Positions 40,400 to 51,800 of a stretch of DNA of 64,000 bases are shown here, piece after piece. Under the pieces are notes generated by a model. The model was given only the letters and a program-made list of their open reading frames with translations. It ran no database searches and was not told the DNA's origin. The DNA is taken from the NCBI GenBank assembly GCA_037379345.1, contig CM074511.1:23419171-23483170 (forward strand), given 5' to 3'. This DNA comes from Perna viridis (lineage: Eukaryota). The translations under genes and the position numbers were made by a program. Numbering within the stretch: position 1 is the first letter of the stretch; each line of letters begins with the position of its first letter.

Positions 40400-43275
40400 G
40401 ATTCGGCAGGTGTCGAGCCTGAGCTTAGTTCATCTGCCTCGCCTGCTTCGTCTCTTTTAGCATTGTTGTCCTCTTAAGTGGAGTTGGCCGACGTCAAGTC
40501 TAACCTGAGACTTCGGGTTCGGCTGCTTCCATTCTTTCAGCGCAGCTCAATCCTTTAGCGGAGTTGGTCGATGTTAAGCCTACACTTAATTTACCAGCCT
40601 CGGTTGATTCGTACGGCACAACTGAAGTCTCCAGCGGCAGCAAAGAGTTCCATTGGAGAACCATCAGGGTTGCAGTAGGCTAGTTCATCAAAGCATAAAT
40701 TAGAATGACTTTTGCTCTCTGTAATGCATTTTTTTAAGGATTTCAATTTTACGTTTGACTTTTGCAACCTAAACATCTAACAAATAAAACAGAAAATCGT
40801 TGTTACGAATTCTCTGCTACAATCTCAATAAGTTGATGTATAATGCAGTGTGCTCAAAGCATTTGACGATATCATTAGCCTGACGTGATTTTTTATAGAC
40901 CTAATACTATTGAACGGCAGTTTATAAGAGTCAAAACTATTCCAAAAAGATATCGAAAAAATCCTTGTCCGATTACTTCTTATGATAAATAATTCTGCCT
41001 TTTACAAATGCACGATAATATACAGTTTTCTTGCATTCAAGATTTTCACCACTCAAAATCAAGGACCCAAATATACATACTAACACGACAACCCATATCT
41101 GAAATCTAACTCTGTCCCTTCCTACCAAATTTTGTTATAGGGTTCTAGGTTTCTGACCTCAGCCATAATCGGTGGAGTCCTGAACTCGCTGTCTGTACTC
41201 AAGCGATGTTGAATTAGGTATTTCAAAAAGCTCCAAAAGCTCGTATATATGTTCCAACTTGGACATGGTGGACGGAATTCTTCCTTTACTATAAGAAAGT
41301 CGACTTGTGATGTCTGCAAACCAAAATTCTATTTTTTTTTTTTTAAATTATCATCAAGGATAAAATATAGGATCCAAAATAAAGGATTCAGTTTTAACAA
41401 TTCATAATTATTACTGAAACAAAGGTTTGCTTTCAAATGGCAAAAAATAAGCATACAATCTGTACTTGTATATACTTTTACCTACAAGCATTCTTTCAAT
41501 TGATTTAATATATGTAGGTAACTGTGTTAGAATGTTCATTTTCCATATCTGGCCTTGCCGTATCCCACTGCCACTGTGTATGCATCATAATGGATTCGTA
41601 TATCTTTAGCTCTGACGAAAAAAAAAATAAAATCTATACTTAGTGAAGTACAAAGTATAAAAAGTGATTAACATTATTTTTTTTATTAACTGCATGAATT
41701 TCCATTTCTAAGTTGTGTGAAGTTTAGATGTTGTCTTTTTATATATGTGCAGGATTAGCATTCATTCATGCATTCATTGAATGCCTACGCATTTCCTTAT
41801 GCTGTATGTACTATATACTTGTACCTTGTAACTATGATTCATTCTGACATTTAAAGAAAGAAAATATATTGAGTAACGTGTAATCCACTGGATGAAGCAA
41901 CGTATACTCCATTGGATGAAGTAATGTGTACTCCATTGAATGAACTAAATGTGACAGTTCCAAATCAGGGTTTTCCTTATAGTTACAATTAGTTCGCACT
42001 TTTGTATTTATATTTTATTTGATAATGTTTATGACGGAAACGTTTTTCAAACCAAATAGGTTCGTGAAAAACTGAAATTGGCGTCTTCCTTTATCTACCT
42101 GGTGGTTCTAATGGAGTTGTTTAATCCAAGTAAGAGACAAGCTAGTACCACAACACACACCATCTGAATTTTACTGAAGTCGGCAAGAAACTGTTAGAGA
42201 AACAGAGATAGGAAAGATAGTGAAGAAAAAAGGAGAAAGAAAGTATTGATAGCAAACAGAATGGTGGTGAAGAAGAAAAACGTAGACAGAATTAAGAGAA
42301 AGAATGAATAAGGCTACTATAAAGATAGAAACAAATGTTATATAAATTAAAAATCAAAAAGTCGTATAAAGTATAAAAAAACGAGAAGAAATAATGTGAA
42401 AAACAAATGAAAAATTATGATAAAAAAATGAAGATGTGTCTGAACAAATAAACAGTCCAGAAAAGAAGAGAAAAGTAAACATGGTATCATAAAGTCTTTG
42501 ATTAAAGTTTATAAAGATCGAATTGATATGATAATCTTTCATCTGTTGAAACTGAAATCAGATGAACGAGGGAATCTGAGGCAAATTTTACTCCAGCAAT
42601 GCTAAAGATTGTCTGGCAAGCTATTTTCTGTCTTGGTGCCATCCTAACCTCTAGCATCTGAATTGGTATTCACAATGCAGCGGAGTTATTTGACAATAGG
42701 TGGGGCAAGATTGTTGAGTGCTGGGGCATATCCACACACAGATAGACCTACACAAATAATCACTGGGGCCTCTGTTGCTCCATGATTCCAATTAATTAAG
42801 CATGGATCCCTTTCACCAAAATTTGCTGGCCAGAAACAGCAGTATATCTATAATTTTGATCTCCATCACACGAGATGCATTTAACTTCCCTGTGATAAAA
42901 CACCACCAACGCACATACATATGGTACTTTTTAAATCTTGGAAAAGTTTTCAGTCCAACAATGTATATTTACCAAACCAAATATAAAACACATTTAATTT
43001 CAATTTAAAAGATTTTAAATTTGCACGAATATCTTTCATTAGTTTTTATTGTGTAAGTATTTGGATGTTTTTTTCCCTCAAATTACAAGAAATTAAATTG
43101 ACCTTTATGATTAAATGAACGCAAAGGCTTTCAAATGTATAAAAGAGACCTTCTTGGCGACTGGTGTCTTTTTGCATCATGTATAAGTGAACACTTTTTT
43201 TTTCTAAATCAACCGATTTACTTGGAATTCTCATTGTCGGGAGATACATACCATTGGTAGATAGGTTTTCACTGT
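40400..43275 (-). pseudogene. Possible degraded multi-exon gene of unknown family
   Basis: Five GC-richer blocks start at clean polypyrimidine-AG acceptors on the minus strand (~43272, ~42889, ~41611, ~41313, ~40776), and some end in GT donors. Several blocks carry stop codons. Confidence 0.35.
41875..41945 (+). repeat. 24-bp minisatellite, 3 copies
   Basis: aacgtgtaatccactggatgaagc / aacgtatactccattggatgaagt / aatgtgtactccattgaatgaac. Confidence 0.85.
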
Positions 43276-44281
43276 GTGAATGAAATGTCACTCTGTGAAT
43301 GAAATGTACGATATTGGCGGACACAGATTTTACGAAAAGAGAGAGGTCCGATCCAAAAACTTGTAAAAGGAGGCTATCATTTGCTCATTTTCTCCAAAAT
43401 TTGCACACAATTTTCCAAAAAAAGGTAAATCAAATTCCCGAATTTTCCCGTCAAAATCCAGTTTGGACTAAATGGCTTTGAGAAACTGGCACTAACCCGA
43501 CCTATTAGGATAAGGCGTACAAGGAACGTCCCACTCGGAGAAAACACGTCGCAAGTGCATGTTTGTTTTGCTAAGAATGTTTCCGATTTCTCTGGTATAA
43601 CATATACCTATACATGAAAATCAAATTGATAAGCTGTATGCAAGAGGTAGAAAGCTTTCACATCAAACTGTTGACTGCTTTTCACTAGAAAAAAAAACCA
43701 GAAAAAAACCATTTTCAAAATAGCTTAGAACAAATATTTGCATTCTGACAGAATAATTTTTAAAATACAGACCTTACAGGACTATGTATACTAAGAAGAC
43801 AATTCCTGTATGAAAACTTATTGTGTTTTATTTTGTATTAATCAATAACAACAACAACAATTACAATAACAAAAAACAACAAAACAATGCAAAACACAAA
43901 CAAACAAACAAAAAAGACAAAGTGCAAGCTTTATACTTGCATTCCACAGCCTTTAAATTAAAAAAGTAAAAACTTGTAGTATGTTTAAAAGAACAAGACC
44001 AGCAGAGACAGTTTTCTACATTCATATGAAGGAAAGGTCTGTTGAACTAACCTGAAATTACTTGCTCTTTTCAGTCTCATATTCAAAAGTGATTACTACT
44101 TTTTTTTTATTTTTCCATAAGCAACTTATGTAAATCCGCATCGAGGTATGCATGCGACATAATTTCGATCGCTCACTACTGGCCAAGGATTTTTGTTATC
44201 AAAAGAGAGAATAAGCGTTTATAAAAAAAAATATGAGGAAGTTTGCTATAGAAGTTACTAACTTAAACATATTTTATTTTG

Positions 44282-44346
44282 AAAACGACAATGGGATCAA
44301 GGATCCAACTTAAAACGACAATGGGATCAAGGATCCAACTTAAAAC
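44282..44346 (+). repeat. 30-bp perfect tandem duplication
   Basis: aaaacgacaatgggatcaaggatccaactt occurs twice. Confidence 0.92.
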
Positions 44347-45595
44347 GCATGATACAAGTACATAGCATTACAAGACAATAATATACATTTAACAGTATAT
44401 ATAATTTTACACTGAGATAAACATGTAGTGATATAAAAAAGACAGAAAATAAAGAAAGTAAAGAAAGAAAGAAAGAAAGAACGAAAAAGTAAAATAATAT
44501 GAAGAAAAAAAGAGAAATAACAAAATAAAGCAACAGAAAAAGCTAGTACTCATGCGCACTTGATATTAGAATTAATAATGAACCAAATATTAAAAAAAAA
44601 ATAATTGAGTTTATTTTTTTCGGTTCTTCTAGAAAAATACACCCTCCTTAAGTAAGCGCCCATAGTCGTTGATGAACCTTTGCACACGCTTAAAATCATA
44701 ATTTTTAGTATCGCCAAAGAGGATACTATCGATGTGAGTTTTGCAAGTTGCGAGTTAAATAATTTGTTTGTTACAACATAGAAATATATTCTGAATTTCT
44801 AAAACATGTGCACAGTCACAAACCCCATAATTTGTAATACTTTTGTGGAAAAGATCATACTTAATGGCACTGCACTTGTACAAAAAACAAGACCTTTGTA
44901 ATATTGCCGAAATATTTAATAAGATATTGGAAAAATAGTTGCGACAACGCAAGCAAAAATCATGTACAACTTGAATAATTCTTTATATATTTAATCATAC
45001 TTTTAATACGAATAATTTTACAAGGTACATGTAAAGTTTTTTCTTTTCAACTTAACAAAAATACAAAAAAAAAAAAAACATTTAACACGTGTTTTACTGG
45101 TATATGACCCCTTTCAGATTAAATACCTATTGTTTAAGAGCAAATGAATATTTTTATCAAATGATTGAACACCGGTGAAATAAGAAACCCATTCAAGACT
45201 TAACTGGATCACTATTTTTACGCACAAGCCGTGAAAATCTTAAGGAGAATACACAGATTAAGACTTGTTGTCAACGTTAAGATATAGAACTTACAAAATG
45301 GAAGAAACAGAGCCATGAACTAACTAAAGAAAGAATTTTGGGGTAAATACATAAAATAGTACTTCTTTACACGATTTTATTAATGATATTATGTAAAGTT
45401 TTGAATTTAAAATATGGAAATTAAACTTTCTCGGTCGATGTAATTACATACATAAGTGTGTATTACTAATTTGTATTTTTTTTACCTTAATCATACGTGT
45501 CTGGGTAAAACTCGCCGTTTTCTTCAGATTAAATGTCATTTCGAGTAATAATGCATCTTTCTTTTCTGTACTTTTTTTCAGATTTTTGACCGGAA

Positions 45596-45809
45596 ATGGC
45601 GATTCCACTGAAAAAAGAGAGAGTATATTATTTATATATATGTCACCTTGCTCTACGTAAAGCGGCACATGCGATTGTCAAACTTTTTGACAGACGCCAT
45701 TATGGTGGCTTAGTACCAGCATTAAAAATAGAAAGAAAAAAACTTCAGGAGTTGATAGATGACGGAAAAATTACTGAAACCCAACTTAAGATTGTCAATG
45801 AGCTTATAG
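45596..45809 (+). CDS. Coding exon 1 of the NLR-like gene (start of the HEPN-like domain)
   Basis: Polypyrimidine acceptor cttttttcAG at 45580-45581; ORF MAIPLKKERVYYLYICHLALRKAAHAIVKLFDRR...; donor G|GTAAAT at 45810, phase 1. Confidence 0.85.
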
Positions 45810-48800
45810 GTAAATAAACTTTGAGTGTCTTTAAAAATTTGTAAGTAACATGAAGGTTTATACCTCTCAAAATGGTTTTTTTTACGAAACGGTTTGTCAA
45901 GTTCTTACATAACGCAATGCCATTGGCGAATTCAAAGAGAGTTTCAAGAAAAAAGGGGTTCCAGGCTATCATTGGCAATTTCGTTACATAAAATTTCACG
46001 AAATGAACAAGAAATTTTCTACTGAATGGGAATGGAGGTTTCAACATTCACCACCAACCCCCTTCCCACAGCCCATCACTTCGGAGCCGTCACTAGATGC
46101 CAGCATCACACTCTATAGCATGTGTTAACACAGAAAAAAACAACAAAAGAGAGATACTATCTGACTTTCCGCAATTTCCAAATCAAAATTTTGGACATAT
46201 AATCCAAATGTTAAAGAAATCACGAACGTCAAGGCTCAGTCTGAAATGTGACAATTTTTGTTGTAGATAATAGCAGTGAGGGTTTAAGTACAGAGCTTCT
46301 GTTAATCTTAGTGCAAGCTTTGACAGAAATAAAGATTCCACAATGGCGTCCGTTGTCAATGGATACATCGGTCGGTGCGGATCTATTCAGAATCGAATTT
46401 TATAAAAACTATATTTTAAGTCAAAAGGACGAAAAGATTGAGGATGATGTCTTCACTACAATGTCGACAGAGCTGACAGAGGTATGTCATATTCCCAAGC
46501 AATACTTTTGTGACTTATACATGATCGAAACAACAATAACTTCTAAACATGCTATGTCATCATTTTTGTTGTAGCTAATCAAAGAATATACTAGTAACTA
46601 CAGGATACAATGAGTTAAAACGAACTGAATTTAGAACTAAAAAAGATATGCAGATCCGATAACAAAAAAAATTTATATGTGTGATTTCAATACCGATAAA
46701 TGGAAGAGTAATCAAGGGAACCAATGTTCTATCGGAAATCAAAAGAAAGTAATCCTGGGACAAAGACCAAACACGGAAAACAGACACACACAACAAAGAA
46801 CATTAAGTAACTAAAATAATACATACAGAGTAACAAAAGCAAATGAGCAACTCGAACTCCACTAAAAACTGGGAGCATGGACCAGCATATAAATTATGAG
46901 CTTTTCTCGGAAGATCCACTTCGATGATCGCGACACAACCCACTGAAAAAGAGAAGAAATTCATTTTCTCGGATTTTAAAGGTGAAATAACGTCATTACC
47001 CTTGTATTGTTTCTTTACAGGCAATAGAAAGAACAGGGGGTGAAATATTACCTAAGAAAAATAATGAGATACAAAGTTTACTTGACAATGAGGAGATAGA
47101 ATACATCATAGAATTGTTACAGCAACAGAAGGAAGAATTTTCCTCTAACGATCCTATTCCCAAATCAGTAAAAGGTAACATGTTTACACATAAATTTTAT
47201 CAGTAATACACAGATTTGTAAATTCGCATATTAATTCTTTTTATAGACCTTACGAAATAGAACTTATAAGACTTAAGCAGTAAATAAAATCAAAAGAATA
47301 AGGGAAAGGTTTTTTTTCTGGAAATCATAAATACCTCAACATCTGAAATGATAAAATATAAACATTACATCTCACTGGTTATGAACTAGAAGTACACACC
47401 TCCATTAAACTTGACATGTATTTTATGGGTTACAATATCGTTTTTCAAGTTAGAAAACATTTGGTTGGTCAACCGATTATCTCAATATCATATTTTAACC
47501 TAAGTGTGACCGACGGGAGAGCAAAGAAAATATGATTTATAATTTTGATAAAGCTTTCAATGTATACTTATCGAACTACAAGTATAATTCATAATACATT
47601 TGAAAAAAAGTAATCTACATATCATTTCGTCCACACATTTTTTTTGTCACAATAAATCGACCCACTTTGTAAATTTATTACAGAATCTATCGATCGGAAG
47701 GTTCAGCGATGGAGAGAACTAGATAACAATTTTATAGAAACTAACTCTTCACAGATGATAATGGAAAAGGTCAAAGAGAATGTTTTCGTTATTCTAACTG
47801 GAGAATCGAGAAACGGAAAAACAGTAACAGCTAGGCATGTAGCCTTGCGACTCCATGATGAGGAAGGCTATCAGATTGTTATAGTCAAAGATCCAGGGGA
47901 ATTCGTTAAATACAAACACCGTTCAAGAAAACAGTTGTTGATAATAGATAACTTTTGTGGTCGTTTTTCCCCGAATCAACAGCAAATATCACAATGGGCA
48001 CATCATCTAGATTCTCTTGAGGATATTTCTAGAGATTCAGAAAACTTGCGCTTTCTTCTGACCTGCAAAAAACGCGTGTACAACTCGCGACAATTTGGTA
48101 AAGTGTTTAACAGCATAACATGGTTTGAATGCAAATTGTTTAGTAACAGCTATCCATATAGTAGAAAAGAGAAACAAAAAATAGCTTCTTCGTATATCGG
48201 ATATAGGGAAATGGCACGACTGGACGAAGACATTGTAAAAGATTTTAGCAAGTTTCTATTATTTTGTCAATTATGCAGCATTGCCAATGTCAGAAATCAA
48301 ATTGATTTATTTAAAGAATCAGTACAATTGGTCAGTACCGAGATCCAAAGTGCATGCGATAATGATGAATGGGCGTTTTTCATTTTGACTCTTTTGGTTG
48401 TATTTGATAATAAACTTGACAAACGACTGTTTCATGGGAAGATAAGTAAACAGCAACAGATCATTATTGACGAAATTTGCTCGGACTGTGGTCTACAAAA
48501 TAATCCAACAATGTTATTTTTATCCTTTAGAGTGCAAGCTATGCTTGGTAAACTAATAGAAGAAAGAAATAAATATATTAAAGCACTGAATGGCAGACTT
48601 TTTGACGTTATGTGTTTGTTCGTTACAGAAAATAGAAACGCATTTATGTCCATCCTCAAACACGGTAAGAGCCGTTTTCTTAGTGAACGAACACAGTTGC
48701 AGTCCCTGGAAGAAACTAAAAGTGAAGGTATCATATTGATTCCACCTGACTTGGAATCTGCGTTTTTCAACAGAATTTCTCAAGACCTAAGAGACCACAA

Positions 48801-51800
48801 ATATTGGGAGGTTTTCTCATCACCACAGACATGTTATAAGAACTATCGTAAAAGATTGTTGAAATTTCTTGAAAATTTAGAAGATTTGGATTCAGTAATC
48901 GAAGACGCTGCTGTGCCTCTTTATATTTCATCGTTTATGGGATTTAAAGATTTCATCGAGTTTTTTCTTCGAGACAATACCCTTGTGAGTAGAAAAAATG
49001 ACGAAAGTGGAATGACACCTTTGCATGCTGCGTGCTTAATGGGACATAGACATATTATCGAATTATTCATTGCAAATTTCTATGTCGATTCGAAAACTGT
49101 AGATGGATTTACCCCACTGTATCTCGCGTCAAAATTGGGCCATGCATCAGTTGTCAGTCGTCTTCTAGAAGAGAGAGTAGATGTTAATGATGTAACTGAG
49201 ACCGGTTCAACAGCATTAATTGCCGCTTCTAAAGGTGGCCATTTACCAGTCATTAAAATATTGCTGAACAATAAAGCTAATGTAAATAAATGTAAAAACG
49301 ATGGAAGCTCCCCACTTCTCATTGCAACACAACATGGTCACAATGAAGCCGTTAAATATTTAATTGAAAACAAAGCCGACGCGAATCTGACAAACAAAGC
49401 TGGTTCTTCCCCCTTGTACCTGGCGTGTGCATTTGGTCACATGGGCATTGTCGATTTACTGTTAAAAGCGGAAGATGACTTGCTTCAGACCGAGGAGTCG
49501 GGTTTCAACTTACTTTTTGTAGCTTGTAAAAATGGAAATAGTTCTGTAGTCGAAACATTAGCTATTTCAGGCGTTAATATAAACAGAACGAATAAATTCG
49601 GAGTAAGTCCTCTTTACATCGCTAGTCAAGAAGGACACGAAATTGTTGTTGAAGTTTTGTTAAGAAATGGATCAGAAGTGGATAAAGGAAATCAGGACCA
49701 GTTTTCACCTCTATATATCGCTTGTCTACAAGGACATAATGCAGTTGCTAAATTACTTCTCAAAAAGTGTTCGGATATCAATGCGTCATTCTATAAGGGC
49801 GCAACGGCATTGTTTCTTGCAAGCCAGGAAGGGAATGTCGATTTGACAAAAACTTTGATTGATTACAACGCAATAGTCAACAAAAGTGATGACAATGACA
49901 CCACTCCGTTGTTTATTGCTTGTCAAAATGGACATGACAGTATTGCTTCATTACTGATACGCCACAAGGCGGAGGTCGACAAGGCTACAAAACAGGGTAC
50001 AACGCCTCTTCACATAACATGTCAGAAAAATCACGTGAGTATCGCAGACATGCTGATGACGAAAAACGCCAATGTAAACAGTCGATCGGGAAATGCAGTA
50101 ACACCACTTCATATAGCGTGTGAATATGGTAATGCAGAAATTGCAGCCCTTTTGATAGCAAATGGTGCTAAAGTTAATATAAGCACTGTCGACGGAATTA
50201 CGCCTCTTTTCATTGCAAGTCAAAATGGACATTCAGCTGTGGTTGAGCTATTGATAATAAACAGAGCAGATACTAATGCGTGCATTAGTAGTGGAGCAAC
50301 ACCACTTCATATTTCTTGCGAAATGAATCAGTTTGGCGTGGTAAAAATACTCCTTGAGTACAACGCAAACGTCAACTTAAGCAACAAAGACCGGTTAACG
50401 CCATTATATGTCGCATGTGAAAAGGGTCATACTTCAATAGTAGAACTATTATTAAAGCATTCTGCTTTGCAAAACAAAACAATATTTGACATATTCAAGT
50501 CATTGTGTGTTTCTTGTGAGAATGGCTATAAGGAGATCACACAGCTGCTGATAAAGAACGGAGCTGATGTCGCACAAAATACGACCGACGGGAGGACACC
50601 GCTATACATAGCCGTAGAGAATGGTCATACGGACGTGGCTGAGCTTCTACAACAGCATCAAGCAAACTTAGACATAAATGCAGGGAATGGCTATTCACCA
50701 TTGTGTATTGCATGTAAAAAAGGAGATATTGAAGTTGCTAAATCACTTCTCCGAAGTAAGGCAGACGTAAATAAAAAAACAAAGGATGGCGAAACTGCTC
50801 TTCACATCGCTTGTCGACTTGAAAGAGACGAATTCGTCAAACTTTTATTGGATAATCAATCGGATACAAATGTTTTCGACGACAACGAACAAACGCCTTT
50901 ATTGATTGCTACTAAACTGAACAGGAAAAAAATCGTTCAAAAGTTACTCGATAGTGGAGCTGAAGTAAATCCTGCAGAACTACAAGGACGAACTATGCCT
51001 TTACATATTGCATGCCAAAATAAAAACGTCGACATAGCAAAATTACTTTTGGATTATAAAGCTGACGTAAATGAGATAGACTGCCAACACGTTACACCAT
51101 TGGAAATAGCATGTAAAAATGAAGATGTAGCCATGGTAGACTTACTACTACAATACAAAGCAAACCTTAGTTCAAACCAAAACTCAGGACGTAGTCCACT
51201 CTTGATTGCATGCGAAGCACAAAGCATGGAACTTGTTGAAATTCTCTTGAAAGAAGATGCTGATACAAATTTATGTGACAAACGAGGACTTACTTCATTA
51301 CATATAGTTTGTCAAGTAGAAAATACTAAGTTGGCAAAGCTTCTTCTTGAGCACAAAGCCGATCCTAATGTAAAATGTGAAGGCGGATACACCCCGTTAA
51401 TGATAGCTTGTGACGCTGAAAACACAGAGTTGATAGATATGCTGCTCGAATACAAAGCATGCGCAGATGAAATAACTCCATCAGGATTTACCCCGTTACA
51501 AATAGCATGTAATAACGACAACAAAAATGTGGCATCATTGCTGATTAAATATGGAGCCAATTTGAATATAGAAGACCCCGAAGAATACACGCCTTTGTTT
51601 ACAGCATGTAGGAGAGGTGCTGAAAAAATGGTTAACTTTTTATTGAAGGAAAACGCAGACGTTAATAAAAGAAGCAAACAAGAATTTACTCCGTTACATA
51701 TCGTTTGTGGAAAAGGATGTACAAGTATTGTTCGTTCCTTGTTACAACACAACGCTAATGTCAATTTGTGCACTCAAGAAGGTTGCAGTCCTCTTTATAT

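Noticed and set aside
47755-47757. ATG at 47755 as the start of the gene
   Set aside because: The frame stays open back to an acceptor at 47683, and three phase-compatible upstream exons supply the HEPN-like domain.
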